DNA of 64,000 nucleotides from an uncultured Dehalococcoidales bacterium (GCA_964437795.1 CAYTIC010000008.1:61407-125406), one strand, 5' to 3'; shown: positions 26,854 through 37,243, counted from the first letter of the stretch. Numbers and translations: made by a program. The notes: generated by a model from the letters alone, not told the origin.

Positions 26854-28320
26854 TTAAATCGGTATCGGCGGTGTGCGCTCACCTGCTGCTACGCTCTTTT
26901 CTTCTTTTGCCAGCCATGAGAGGACCAGGGCGGCCACACACATGGCGGCGCCTACAAAGCAGGCGGCGCTGAAACCTATCAATAGCGTGTTGACCGGCAC
27001 GCCGGCAACTGCCTGTTCAGTACTGAAATCTGCAGACGGGATGAAAGCCGAAAATACGGTTTCATAGATGGCCACCCCCAGTACCATACCCAGGTTCTGC
27101 ATAGCCCTCGAGGCTGCCGACGCCTCGCCCTGGTTGTCAGCCGGTATGGCGCTCAGCATAGTGCTGTTGTTGGGGGAGACAAAGGTGCCCATGGAGAGGC
27201 CTATCCAGGCGAGATAGACCACCATAGGAATGAGGGAGGGCAGGCCCAGCGACAGGGCCAGGAAAACAAGCGCCCCCGTAGCTGAGACCATGCCGGCGCA
27301 GCACAGCAGGCGCCTGCCGATACGGTCGGACAGCCGTCCCATATAGAGGCTGGTGATGATATAAACTATAGAGCCGACAAGGAAGATGGAGCCGATTAGG
27401 CTGGCTGAAAGACCCTGGACCATCGTGAGGTAGAAGGGGAAAAGGAAGTTACCGCCGGAATACATGCTCCAGGCAGCCAACGCGGCGAATGAACCGTAGC
27501 TGAAACTGGCATATTTGTACAGCGCCAGGTCCAGCAGAGGGTCGCGGCACCTCTTCTCCCACTGTATGAACAATATAAATAGTACAGCTGAAAGGATAAA
27601 TGAGCCCCAGATTCCCCAGTGCTCCCAGCCTAATTGCTGGCCGCGGTTAATCGCAAGCACCAGCAGTGACAGGGCCAGAAAACTCAATATGGCGCCGGCA
27701 AAATCGAAGGGTGTGCGCTTGCTGCCCGCTCCAATATGAATTCGGTCGTTGGGCATTACCTTCAGTGCTACGATGATGGCAGCTATGCCGACAGGTACGT
27801 TGAACCAGAATATCCAGTGCCAGTCCAGGTATTGCGTGATGAAGCCTCCCATGGGCGCCCCTATTATCACGCCGAGGCCGGCCCCGGTTGACGTTATGCC
27901 GAAAGCCCAGCCACGTTTTTCCGGTGGAATGTACCTGATTATCATGGCCATCCCCACCGCGTAAAGCATGGCGGCGCCCAGCCCCTGTATGCTGCGCGAG
28001 CCCGAAAGCAGGTATATAGTGGGGGCCAACCCGCTCAGGAAGGAACCTAATGCGAAGAAGGCGAATCCCGTGACAAAGACGATTTTAAACCCCGTTCTCT
28101 CTCCGATCTTTCCGAAGATGAGCAGGGTGCTGGTGATGACCAGCAGGTAGACAAGTGTGATGAGGGCTGCGTCGGTAGGGCTGGCGTTGAAGTCCGCCGC
28201 AATTGTGGGCAGGGCCACGTTGACTATGTAGGTGTCCAGCGCAGCCATGAATGCTGCGAATGCTACGCTGATGACTATCCAGAGCTGGCGCCGCTTGTCC
28301 TGCACTATAAAATCACTCAT
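26854..28320 (-). CDS. MFS transporter, DHA2 (EmrB/QacA) family with 14 TMS
   Basis: 488 aa, 14 predicted helices and MFS signatures (GKIGERTGFK; GxLaDrxGrR-like LSDRIGRRL). Confidence 0.8.
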   Translation of the reverse strand: MSDFIVQDKRRQLWIVISVAFAAFMAALDTYIVNVALPTIAADFNASPTDAALITLVYLLVITSTLLIFGKIGERTGFKIVFVTGFAFFALGSFLSGLAPTIYLLSGSRSIQGLGAAMLYAVGMAMIIRYIPPEKRGWAFGITSTGAGLGVIIGAPMGGFITQYLDWHWIFWFNVPVGIAAIIVALKVMPNDRIHIGAGSKRTPFDFAGAILSFLALSLLVLAINRGQQLGWEHWGIWGSFILSAVLFILFIQWEKRCRDPLLDLALYKYASFSYGSFAALAAWSMYSGGNFLFPFYLTMVQGLSASLIGSIFLVGSIVYIITSLYMGRLSDRIGRRLLCCAGMVSATGALVFLALSLGLPSLIPMVVYLAWIGLSMGTFVSPNNSTMLSAIPADNQGEASAASRAMQNLGMVLGVAIYETVFSAFIPSADFSTEQAVAGVPVNTLLIGFSAACFVGAAMCVAALVLSWLAKEEKSVAAGERTPPIPI

Positions 28321-28369
28321 TTACACCCTCTGAAAAGCCTGCCGGCGCTTTTGTCACAGATTATAACAG

Positions 28370-28400
28370 AAGGGCATCACACAGGTGATGCCCTTCTGTT
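28370..28400 (-). terminator. Hairpin terminator downstream of the SDR gene
   Basis: GAAGGGCATCAC-acag-GTGATGCCCTTC with a T-rich tail on the minus strand. Confidence 0.4.
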
Positions 28401-28420
28401 CATTTCATAGCAGGTCCTGT

Positions 28421-29365
28421 TTATTTGGCCGGTTTTGCCGGCATTGGATTTACCCAGTTGTTGGTAAGCTCTTTTGGCGTGATGGCTACCAGTTCATCAA
28501 CGGTCCAGAAACCCTCGGCCTTGGTGATCTTCTGCGTCACCGCCGGTTCTGCATAGATGCCGATATCGTTGCTGCTGATGAAGAAGGTGGCGCCGTTGAC
28601 GTTGGCCGCTTCTTCAGTGGCCAGCCAGACCACCACCGGTGCGATGTGCTCAGGCTTGGAGGACAGCACCATCTTGTCGATCATCTCTTTGAACACTTTC
28701 TCATCGGTGCCTCCGGCGTCCACGAACTGCTTTTTCCAGGCAGCCAGTAGCTCGTCGGTCACGGTCATCCTGGTGGCCGCATTGGGGCGGAGGGCGTTGC
28801 AGGTCACGCCGTATTTGCCCATGTCCCTGGCAACCGTGCGCGTGAAACCAACGATGCCTTCCTTGGCCGCTGAGTAGTTGGCCTGGCCCATATTGCCCAG
28901 GCCGGCGATGGACGAGGTGTTGATGATGCGTCCCGACCTCTGCTGGCGCATATAGGGGGTCGCTGCCCTGGTGCAGTAAAAATGCCCGTAGAGGTGGATC
29001 TTGATGATGATGTCCCACTCCTCTTCAGTCATATTGAAGACCATTTTATCGCGCAGGATGCCCGCGTTGTTGACCAGGATATCTATGCGGCCGAAATTGT
29101 CGATGGCGGTCTTGACAATGTTCTCACCGCCTGCCCAGGTGGCCACGGAGTCAAAATTGGGTACGGCTTCGCCGCCCAGCTTCTTGATCTCCTGGCAAAC
29201 TTCCTCCGCCGGGCTGGCCGATTTTCCAGAACCATCCGAAGCTGCGCCGAGGTCGTTTATAACAACCTTGGCGCCCTCTGCCGCCAAAGCCATGGCCTCT
29301 GCACGGCCGATACCGCGCCCGGAGCCTGTAACGATTGCTACCTTGCCCTTTAGCCTGTTACCCAT
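28421..29365 (-). CDS. SDR-family oxidoreductase (short-chain dehydrogenase) with a C-terminal extension
   Basis: TGSGRGIGRA Rossmann motif and a YxxxK active site (YSAAK). Confidence 0.75.
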   Translation of the reverse strand: MGNRLKGKVAIVTGSGRGIGRAEAMALAAEGAKVVINDLGAASDGSGKSASPAEEVCQEIKKLGGEAVPNFDSVATWAGGENIVKTAIDNFGRIDILVNNAGILRDKMVFNMTEEEWDIIIKIHLYGHFYCTRAATPYMRQQRSGRIINTSSIAGLGNMGQANYSAAKEGIVGFTRTVARDMGKYGVTCNALRPNAATRMTVTDELLAAWKKQFVDAGGTDEKVFKEMIDKMVLSSKPEHIAPVVVWLATEEAANVNGATFFISSNDIGIYAEPAVTQKITKAEGFWTVDELVAITPKELTNNWVNPMPAKPAK

Positions 29366-29473
29366 ATTGAATCACTCTCCTTATTTTATTATTTGCGAGC
29401 AAAACCCTGCATATTGTACAACAACAGGACGGTGGCTGCACGTTGATTGATTCATCGGTCAAAGCCGGTGAAG

Positions 29474-30205
29474 CTATTTAGGATGCTGCCTGAGTGAAGA
29501 GGCTATCTCCTGGGCGGACAGTTTTTTAAAACTTCCTTCCGCCAGCTCCCCCAATCTCAGGTTCCCCATCCGGACACGTTTCAAAGCGGTGACCGTATAT
29601 CCAAGGTGTGCGAACATACGCCTGACCTCGCGGTTGCGGCCTTCGTGGATGGTGATGCTGTAATTGTAGGGCGGATCATAGCTGACCTCCGTCACCTTTG
29701 CCGGAGCCGTGATACCGTCGTCCAGGAGTACGCCTTTCTCCAACAGATCCCTTTCCTGTTGATTGAGCGTGCCTTCTATATGTACAAGGTACTCCTTGCC
29801 CAGCTCGAAACGAGGGTGTGTCAGGCGGTAGGTGAGGTTGCCGTCGTTGGTCAGCAGCAGCAGCCCGGTCGTATCGTGGTCCAGCCTGCCCACAGGATAG
29901 AGGCCCAGCCCACGGTATTCGGCGGGAAGGATATCCAGTACGGTCCGCCTGCCACGGTCGTCGCTGGTGGTGGTCAGCAGGTTTAAAGGCTTGTTCAGCA
30001 TGAGTACTATTCGGGCCCTGGTATGAAAGGAAACAGGTTTACCATCGAAAGTGATCTTGTCCGCCTGCGGGTAGACCGGCATCGTATAGCTCTCAGCCTG
30101 CCTGCCGTTGACGGCAACGCGTCCAACCTTTATGGCGGCCACAACCTGCCGCCTGGCGCCCAGGCCGGCTTCCACGAGGTACCTGAGGAGGGGAATGGAT
30201 TCCAC
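29474..30205 (-). CDS. RNA pseudouridine synthase (RsuA/RluB family) with an N-terminal S4 domain
   Basis: S4 RNA-binding motif (RYLVEAGLG...RVAVNG) and catalytic motif GRLDHDTTGLLLLTNDG. Confidence 0.8.
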   Translation of the reverse strand: MESIPLLRYLVEAGLGARRQVVAAIKVGRVAVNGRQAESYTMPVYPQADKITFDGKPVSFHTRARIVLMLNKPLNLLTTTSDDRGRRTVLDILPAEYRGLGLYPVGRLDHDTTGLLLLTNDGNLTYRLTHPRFELGKEYLVHIEGTLNQQERDLLEKGVLLDDGITAPAKVTEVSYDPPYNYSITIHEGRNREVRRMFAHLGYTVTALKRVRMGNLRLGELAEGSFKKLSAQEIASSLRQHPK

Positions 30206-30295
30206 GGTTGAAATAATAGCATAGAGCGTTTTTAAATGTAGGGGCGTACCTTCAGGTGCCTGCTACAACAGGATATGCTGATGCCGGGGTGAGGA

Positions 30296-31588
30296 CTATT
30301 TGTTGACGACGGCATTGACGACCAGGTCGGCAAGGCCTGTCACCTTGATGCCCAGGTTGTAATGATCATTGAGCTCGCCAAGTTGTATCCGGCAGTTGTC
30401 ACAGGAAGCCACGACAATTTTGGCGCCGGTGGCCTGGATCTGCTTTGCTTTGGGCATCCCCGCCTGCATGCGCCGTTCTTCCCATTCCTCAACGGCCACC
30501 ATACCGCTCCCCCCTCCGCAGCAGTAAGCTTCCTCCTTATTGGGATACATCTCACGGAAGTCCTTGACCGCAGCCCGTAATACTATACGTGGTTCTTCCA
30601 GCAGGCCGCCGTTCCGGCCGAGGTTGCATGAATCGTGATATGTGACCGGCTCGGGGTTGGCGTCTGGATTGAGCGTGAGGCGCCCGTTCTGTACCCACTC
30701 AGCCAGGACTTCTATCAGGCTACGCACACGAAACGGCAACGCTTCCTTGAACCATTTGGGAGCTTCCCAGCGCAGTACCGTATATGCATGGCCGCACTCA
30801 CCTATCACAACCTCTTTTACGCCCAGTTCCCTGGCTTCGTCGATAATGCGTTGAGCTATTTTTTTTGATCTTTCGATATCTGCCAGAAACGAGCCGTAGT
30901 TCGAAGCTTCAAACAGGCTGAATGTCCAGTTCGCCCTGGCATAATGGAATAGAATAGCCGGCGGCACAATGCTGTGCTCGCCCGAAAGGCCTACGAACAG
31001 CATGTCGGCGCCTTTCTTGCCTACGGGTATTGAAAATGTAGGGTCGTTGATCTTCTTGCGAGTCTCGGTTTCAAGGTCTTTTAACTGCTCCAGCAGCAGG
31101 TCACGGCAGAGCTCGATATTCTCACCGCGGCTGATGGCCGAGTCAGCCAGTTGGACCAGTATCTCCGGGGCTTTGCCTGTGGCAGAGGCGATGGAACGTG
31201 CGGTACGCATCAGGGAAGCTGTGTCGATTCCCAGCGGACAATTAACCGTGCAGCGGCGACACAGAGTACATGTGCCGAACGCCATATCCGCTAAAGAATC
31301 AAGCGAACGTTCATCACCGGATTTTGCTTTTTCAGATTTTCGGAAGAGCCGGTTCGCCAGGCCTGTGTTTCCCCGGTAAAGCTTGCGTACGGCTTCGCCC
31401 CGATAGACCGGCATATTCTGTAATTGCGGTTGGGCAATGTAGTTATGACATGACTCGGCACAGAGGCCGCAGCGGACGCAACCCTCCAGGGCTGCAACAG
31501 TTTCCCTGGTAAGCTGCTTATCAAGGATCTCCCGTGTCAGCAATGCGGGGCTCTCCGTCGCCAAAACTGTTGAATTATCTTCACTCAT
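30296..31588 (-). CDS. Iron-sulfur CCG-domain protein (HdrD/DsrK/GlpC-like)
   Basis: Two ferredoxin-like Cys clusters (CVRCGLCAESC, CTLCRRCTVNCP) plus two Cys-rich CCG-type regions (CGHAY..., CCGGGSGM). Confidence 0.65.
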   Translation of the reverse strand: MSEDNSTVLATESPALLTREILDKQLTRETVAALEGCVRCGLCAESCHNYIAQPQLQNMPVYRGEAVRKLYRGNTGLANRLFRKSEKAKSGDERSLDSLADMAFGTCTLCRRCTVNCPLGIDTASLMRTARSIASATGKAPEILVQLADSAISRGENIELCRDLLLEQLKDLETETRKKINDPTFSIPVGKKGADMLFVGLSGEHSIVPPAILFHYARANWTFSLFEASNYGSFLADIERSKKIAQRIIDEARELGVKEVVIGECGHAYTVLRWEAPKWFKEALPFRVRSLIEVLAEWVQNGRLTLNPDANPEPVTYHDSCNLGRNGGLLEEPRIVLRAAVKDFREMYPNKEEAYCCGGGSGMVAVEEWEERRMQAGMPKAKQIQATGAKIVVASCDNCRIQLGELNDHYNLGIKVTGLADLVVNAVVNK

Positions 31589-32229
31589 GTTGTTGGCTTC
31601 CTCGAATGTTCGCCTGGTGTCGTCAACAGGCCTCTATGTCCCATCATGGCGCCTATCTTACCGCGCGAGAAAAAGAAATAGACGCAATGTCGCACCTTGC
31701 TCCAGGGAAGATACAGGCACAGGACACTGGTCGGTATATAGAAATATATAGTGCTGAGTAAACCAGCGGTAGACAGGGCTCCCGTCAGCATGAAAAGGGT
31801 GATCAGTGCCGGCGCGACGTAATCATCGGGCATGCTGATCCGCCTTAGATTGGGATCAACCGCGCGAGACACAATTGCAGCCAGGCCAGAAATGACGCCG
31901 ATCCACAGCAAGATGCTGATCACCAGGCTAACTATATCGGGGCTGGTTACGTTAAAGATACGCAATATTAAGGCCAGGATGCCAGCGAAGATCCCGGCGT
32001 GAAAGAATATCCCCCTTAAATACACCAGCCGGTGAAGCGTTGCACTTTCCTTCTTCCACGGCAGCATACCAAGTGTGAATGCATAAAGCACCCCCAGTTT
32101 ATCGGAACCTTTGCCCGGTGATGGATCGCAGACGCTGTCCCTGGAGAGAATCTGGAATATCCAGATCCCAACTCCCACAAGGGCAACGGCCAACGAGAAT
32201 AACAGAATAATCAACGCTATGTCGGGCAT
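31585..32229 (-). CDS. Membrane-bound NarI/DsrM/HdrE-like cytochrome b-type subunit, the partner of the CCG protein. The start is likely the ATG at 32229.
   Basis: Five TM helices with conserved His positions. It overlaps the downstream CCG-domain gene by 4 bp. Confidence 0.45.
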   Translation of the reverse strand: MPDIALIILLFSLAVALVGVGIWIFQILSRDSVCDPSPGKGSDKLGVLYAFTLGMLPWKKESATLHRLVYLRGIFFHAGIFAGILALILRIFNVTSPDIVSLVISILLWIGVISGLAAIVSRAVDPNLRRISMPDDYVAPALITLFMLTGALSTAGLLSTIYFYIPTSVLCLYLPWSKVRHCVYFFFSRGKIGAMMGHRGLLTTPGEHSRKPTT

Positions 32230-32239
32230 GGTAAGTCCA

Positions 32240-32482
32240 TTATTTAAGTTTTCGTACCAGGAATTTGACCAGCTTGCCTTCCCGTTCAATCTTGATGACC
32301 TCGTTGCCGGTGGTGCGAGCCCAGGCAGGGATGTCGGCCAGTACGCCGGGATCCGTGGCAGTTGCTTCGAGCACTCCCCCGATGGGGAGGTCCTTTATTG
32401 CTTTGGCGACTTTGACCACAGGGATCGGGCATAGAAGCCCTTCCAGGTTCAGTTTCACAGTGACTTCGTTTTCTATTGACAT
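32240..32482 (-). CDS. TusA-family sulfurtransferase
   Basis: The CPxP motif (GLLCPIP) near the N-terminus. An AAGGAG site 7 nt upstream of the ATG at 32482. Confidence 0.7.
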   Translation of the reverse strand: MSIENEVTVKLNLEGLLCPIPVVKVAKAIKDLPIGGVLEATATDPGVLADIPAWARTTGNEVIKIEREGKLVKFLVRKLK

Positions 32483-32492
32483 CGTTTTCTCC

Positions 32493-32972
32493 TTAAATGA
32501 AGAGAGTTGCCTTGGAGCGGTAGGCCATTTCGAGCATGGTCGCCACGCCGCAGGACGGCTGTGCCTCATCAATCAAATCTTCTTTTTTGATTTCCATTAC
32601 TTCCATGCTCATCTGGCAGGGCAGGAGCTTCACTCCCAGGTCGATGGCGGTCTGGCGCAGCTCGGCTATGGGTGTGATCTTGTGCATTTTCATCATCTGG
32701 TTGAACATCCACCTGCCAATTCCCCAAAAATTGAAGCGGGAAGGGCCGATGCGATCGATGCCGCCACGATTCATAATCCCCATCATTTTGCCGAAAAAGC
32801 TGTTACCCGTCAGGTTGCCCTTCTGGATGGCCTTTAATCCCCAGAAGGTGAAGAACATATTGGCTTCTTTGCCTGATGCTGCAGCGCCTATGGCAATGTT
32901 CAACGCCGCCATGACCTTGTCCATATCGCCGCTGCAAACTATTAAAGTCACTCCGTCTGTAGAGTTTTCCAT
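32493..32972 (-). CDS. DsrE/DsrF-like (DsrE2-type) sulfur-relay protein
   Basis: About 160 aa with a conserved Cys in a DsrE-like fold (LIVCSGDMDKVMAALNIA...). Confidence 0.6.
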   Translation of the reverse strand: MENSTDGVTLIVCSGDMDKVMAALNIAIGAAASGKEANMFFTFWGLKAIQKGNLTGNSFFGKMMGIMNRGGIDRIGPSRFNFWGIGRWMFNQMMKMHKITPIAELRQTAIDLGVKLLPCQMSMEVMEIKKEDLIDEAQPSCGVATMLEMAYRSKATLFI

Positions 32973-33046
32973 TTCGAATTTCCTCCTTTCCGCTTTTATC
33001 TTTGTTGTCGTTTATGCCAAACAGCCGGCATCTCGATTAATGCATT

Positions 33047-33385
33047 TCAACGGCTGTTCTGTGAGAGTTTGTGTCTCCTGGCGACCTGGTCAGCCTGTAC
33101 GTGTATTAACAGTTCAATCGCCTGAAAAATCCTGGGGTCCGATAGCGAATAGTAGATGGATGCGCCGTCACGCCGTGTTACCACTAACCCGCGTTCCCTC
33201 ATCAAGGCCAGGTGCTTCGAAACGTTCGATTGGTGCAGTCCCAAACTATTTGCCAGGTCACTCACCGACTTCTCGCCCATCACCAGCTCTGCAATTATCA
33301 GCAGGCGGTTGGCATCTGCCAGGGTCTTGCAGAATTGGGCATGAAACTCATATAGCGTGACCTTGTCCAATTTCAGTTCAGTCAT
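33047..33385 (-). CDS. ArsR/SmtB-family transcriptional regulator
   Basis: Winged HTH: LADANRLLIIAEL...SVSDLANSLGLHQSNVSKHLALMRERGLV. Confidence 0.75.
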   Translation of the reverse strand: MTELKLDKVTLYEFHAQFCKTLADANRLLIIAELVMGEKSVSDLANSLGLHQSNVSKHLALMRERGLVVTRRDGASIYYSLSDPRIFQAIELLIHVQADQVARRHKLSQNSR

Positions 33386-33539
33386 AAAGTTACTCCATGA
33401 TTATATTACCATATACTCATATTACTATATATTATATTGCCCTGGAGGTGGACTGTCAACAGGAAAGTGATAATCGTCTTGTAATTCATATTGTGCTGCT
33501 GTGCTAAAATATACGAAATATAATCGTTGCAGGATATAT

Positions 33540-35018
33540 ATGAACAGAAGATGTTTTAACATATTAGCACTGGCAATTATCACTGCCTCGCTGCTTTCGC
33601 CCTCGGTTGCTTGCCAGGCGCAAAACACTGACTCGGGGAACGCAATTCAACAGGCTTACAACGGGGCCCGCGAATGGTTTATCATGCAGGGCGCCGGCGA
33701 CCGCATAGAGAAAGTGCGAAAGGGAGATGGCAGCGTACTTGTGCTGGACGAAAATAACGTCCCGGTACGGGGAGCTCGTGTATATTACGAACAGCAGAGC
33801 CATGACTTCCTTTTCGGCACCAACCTGGCCCTGCTGGCCAAGAATGGTCCCACTGCGGTCAACCAGGAGTGGGCGGAAGCCTGCGGCGCACTTTTCAACT
33901 ACGGCACAGCGCCGTTTTTCTGGGATAGCTACGAGGCTGCCCAGGGGAAGACTTCGGCCACGATGCTCAAGATGATAGCCGATTGGGCCGAAAAAAAGGG
34001 TATTACAGTAAAAGGTCATCCTCTTATATGGGCGGAATCGGTCCCGGCCTGGGCTCCCCTTCCCGCCGAAGATATGCAGAAAGCGCAGGAAAAGCGAGTC
34101 AAGGAAACTGTAGCTGAATTCTGCGGTAAGATCGACTACTGGGATGTTGTGAACGAGCCTACCATGGGCGCGCGTGTTAATAATCCGCTGGGCAACTGGA
34201 TGGCCTCGCGCACAGCCGTAGTGGTTTGCGCAGATGCACTGGCGTGGGCCAGGTCGGAATGCCCGACTTCAACACTCATAATCAACGATTTCCGCACCGA
34301 CCAGGATTACCGCGACCTGCTGCAGGGCATCATACGGCAGAAAGGTAAATTCGATGCCATCGGCATACAGTCGCACATGCACCGCGGCAACTGGCCGCTA
34401 TACCAGGTATGGGACATCTGCGAACGTTTCAAGTATTTTGACGTGCCCATACATTTCAGCGAGGTTACGGTGCTGAGCGGCAGCCCCAAAACAGGCATAT
34501 CCGCCGAACAGCCGTCCGAATGGCCTTCCACGCCGGCCGGCGAGATTGAGCAGGCGGATTACGTGGAGAAGTTCTACACATTGCTATTCAGCCATCCCTC
34601 GGTGCAGGCCATAACCTGGTGGGACCTTTCAGACTATGGCGCCTGGCAGGGGGCTCCCGCCGGACTGCTGCGCCAGGATATGTCCAGGAAGCCGGCCTAC
34701 AAGCGCCTCCTCGATCTTATACACAATAAATGGTGGTCGCGCGGCGATACATACACGGGGGATGACGGGATCGCAAGGATGCGCGGTTTTTACGGCACGT
34801 ACAAGATAATAGTTGAGAAAGAAGGCAAGAGGACTGAGTCCACTTTCCATATTGCCAACGGCCTGGAAAACAGGCTCAAGGTGAATTTGCCGGGTTACAG
34901 GCAGCCGCCGCCCACACCCCTTTACGAGATGATCTGGCCTTATGTGCTGGCGGTAGTTCTAATTACATTGATCGTATTGATAGGCCGCTGGGTCGCCAGG
35001 ATCAGGCGGCGTATCTAA
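33540..35018 (+). CDS. Glycoside hydrolase, clan GH-A (GH10-like), with a signal peptide and a C-terminal TM anchor
   Basis: WDVVNEPT (acid/base Glu) and IHFSEVTV (nucleophile Glu) motifs. A C-terminal hydrophobic helix followed by RIRRRI. Confidence 0.5.
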   Translation: MNRRCFNILALAIITASLLSPSVACQAQNTDSGNAIQQAYNGAREWFIMQGAGDRIEKVRKGDGSVLVLDENNVPVRGARVYYEQQSHDFLFGTNLALLAKNGPTAVNQEWAEACGALFNYGTAPFFWDSYEAAQGKTSATMLKMIADWAEKKGITVKGHPLIWAESVPAWAPLPAEDMQKAQEKRVKETVAEFCGKIDYWDVVNEPTMGARVNNPLGNWMASRTAVVVCADALAWARSECPTSTLIINDFRTDQDYRDLLQGIIRQKGKFDAIGIQSHMHRGNWPLYQVWDICERFKYFDVPIHFSEVTVLSGSPKTGISAEQPSEWPSTPAGEIEQADYVEKFYTLLFSHPSVQAITWWDLSDYGAWQGAPAGLLRQDMSRKPAYKRLLDLIHNKWWSRGDTYTGDDGIARMRGFYGTYKIIVEKEGKRTESTFHIANGLENRLKVNLPGYRQPPPTPLYEMIWPYVLAVVLITLIVLIGRWVARIRRRI

Positions 35019-35042
35019 ATCCCGCAGGAACGAGGTGAAGCG

Positions 35043-35600
35043 ATGGATACCATTGAAGCAATCATGACGCGCCGCAGTATAAGAAAGTATACGGATAACC
35101 GCGTGCCCGCAGACGTTATTGAGCAGGTATTGCGGGCAGGGATGGCCGCGCCGTCGGCAGCCAACGAGCAGCCGTGGCATTTCGTAGTCATCACCGAGCG
35201 CAAGACTCTAGCCCAGGTGCCGACCTTTCACCCGCACTCACACATGCTTAAGGAAGCAGCGTTGGCCATACTGGTTTGCAACGACAGCGGCCTTGAGCTG
35301 ACTAAAGGCAGGGGTATACTGGACTGCTCGGCGGCCACACAAAACATACTTTTAGCTGCACATGACCAGGGCCTGGGGGCGGTCTGGGTAGGCATTTACC
35401 CGGTTGAGGAGAGGATGAACGGGATGAGGAAGCTGCTCAATATGCCGACCAGGATCCTGCCTATCGCGCTTGTTTCTATCGGCTATCCGGACGAGAGGCC
35501 GCGCATGGATGACAGGTTCAAGCCCGAGCGCGTTCACTACGAGCGCTGGATGGGCCCGGCCGATACCAAACCAGCCAAAGCGACCAAGGGCAAGAAGTAG
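35043..35600 (+). CDS. Nitroreductase-family (NAD(P)H-flavin oxidoreductase-like) protein
   Basis: IMTRRSIRKY...RAGMAAPSAANEQPWHFVVI is the classic nitroreductase N-terminus. Confidence 0.75.
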   Translation: MDTIEAIMTRRSIRKYTDNRVPADVIEQVLRAGMAAPSAANEQPWHFVVITERKTLAQVPTFHPHSHMLKEAALAILVCNDSGLELTKGRGILDCSAATQNILLAAHDQGLGAVWVGIYPVEERMNGMRKLLNMPTRILPIALVSIGYPDERPRMDDRFKPERVHYERWMGPADTKPAKATKGKK

Positions 35601-35661
35601 GTGTCACAGGGCGCCTGTGCTTAGCAAACTGAAACAGATTTAGTATAATATATGGTCTTGC

Positions 35662-35737
35662 GGGCCTGTAGCTCAATTGGGAGAGCGCCTGATTTGCATT
35701 CAGGAGGTCGGGAGTTCGAATCTCCCCAGGTCCACCA
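35662..35737 (+). tRNA. tRNA-Ala (anticodon TGC)
   Basis: G3:U70 identity pair, anticodon loop TTTGCAT and CCA encoded. Confidence 0.85.
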
Positions 35738-35777
35738 AAGATCGATTAGCCGATCACTCAGATATGAACCAGGAGGT

Positions 35778-36236
35778 ATGATGAGGGAGCAGATTAAATC
35801 CTCAATAGTCATAGCTTTAATCTCACTGTTATCCATCGCGCTGCTATCCTGCAGCGCACCGGCGCCTGTGACTACGCCATCGGCCCCGGCTACATCATCC
35901 GGGCCAATCCAGACGGCACCTTTGGCTATGGGGAAGGCAGTTCACCAGGTAGTACAATTAACCGGCAAGCAGGCCGACGGATACATTATTCCGATTAAAA
36001 AGGCGAACATAGTCTGCGTAATTACGGATGTCGGCATGGCAGGCTGCGGTGCTTTTGATGTGATGGTCCTGGACTCTTTTGATTACCCCGCGGTTAAAAT
36101 GAAATCCTCGACAACAAATCCCATTGCCACGGTCGATGACCTGCTGGCAGGAACAGTCAAAGAGGTAAATAATACAGCAGCCAAACTCGGCATCAAAGTC
36201 GGCATGACGGGCCGGGAAGCGCTTGACCTGCTGTGA
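35778..36236 (+). CDS. Hypothetical lipoprotein (lipobox LLSC). The upstream part of the tracked ORF overlaps tRNA-Ala and is not coding.
   Basis: An AGGAGG site immediately upstream of ATGATG at 35778/35781. Signal plus lipobox. Confidence 0.4.
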   Translation: MMREQIKSSIVIALISLLSIALLSCSAPAPVTTPSAPATSSGPIQTAPLAMGKAVHQVVQLTGKQADGYIIPIKKANIVCVITDVGMAGCGAFDVMVLDSFDYPAVKMKSSTTNPIATVDDLLAGTVKEVNNTAAKLGIKVGMTGREALDLL

Positions 36237-36269
36237 ATTTGCACAGATAAGGTAATCGGCCGGACTGCA

Positions 36270-37174
36270 TTAAAGCGTCTGTACCATTAAGTCTAAACCG
36301 CACTGCCCGGCGTACTCTTTAATAGTATCGATTATCTGTGACGGGGGAAGCATGATATTGACACTGCCTTCCGGGTTTTGCTCCGACCGCAACCCGGAAA
36401 GCCACGAGACATACTCCTGTTGAGGAAGTTTGCCGAGCACGGTTTTAATCTTATCAACACCTACTACTTGGATTTGTACCAATCCAGCTTCGGAGATAAG
36501 GCCCTCTTTAGAAATTATTTCCTCCAGCGTTTTATTGCGATTGGTACCTGTGATCAGGGTGAAGTGCCACCGGCCGTCTTCCAGCCAGGAATAGAGCTCG
36601 TATCCTTTCATAGAATGGGGTAACTGATCTACCGTCTCTATCGACAGCCTGGTTATCAGCTTGCCGGACTGCTCCAGAGATTTCATCACGTCTGCGTTAT
36701 TCCGGGGATCTTCACCACCGTAGAAAGATGAGGAGGGATAACCCAGCTCGAGTGTGACGACGTGCGGCTCACGTGAGATCAGAGGCTTCCAGATGGTGAC
36801 GCCGTCGTAAGACATGGACGAGATCGGGGTCCAGAAGGCGCCCGAGTAGATGGGGTTCCTGTCGACGCACACAACAAACGACCTGCCCCTCACCGGAACA
36901 TCCAGCTTGGAGATACGCTCAAAAGCACTATCGCTAAGCTTCAGCTCATGTATTTGAGCATTATACGTGATGATGTCTTCCATCGATATGATGGGCGTTT
37001 CTGCGATGTCGACATGGCTCAAGATCGGCATCTGCGCAGGAGGGATGTCTCCCTTGGTCAGGTAAATGGCAAACCCCTCATGGCTAGGGTCTGAATAAGC
37101 ACACGACACGAACAGCGAACATGCTGTGACAACAGCGAGTACTGCATGAGTATGGTTGAATATACTTTTCATTG
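36270..37174 (-). CDS. Hypothetical lipoprotein, starting at MKSIFN with lipobox FVSC
   Basis: Signal peptide plus Cys. No known domain. Confidence 0.4.
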
Positions 37175-37243
37175 GACCCGCCTTTACCATTGAGTAGTAT
37201 AATAGGCTTCGGATGCTGGATTTATTATAGCAAGGAAGAGAAA

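Noticed and set aside
28557-29450. Plus-strand ORFs opposite the SDR gene (106-149 aa)
   Set aside because: The SDR gene has canonical Rossmann and YxxxK motifs on the minus strand. The plus-strand ORFs are Ala/Ser/Pro-rich antisense artefacts.
35621-35836. Minus-strand ORF and the N-terminal 42 codons of the plus-strand ORF 35652-36236 overlapping tRNA-Ala
   Set aside because: The sequence is a canonical tRNA-Ala(TGC). The real CDS starts at the RBS-preceded ATG at about 35778.
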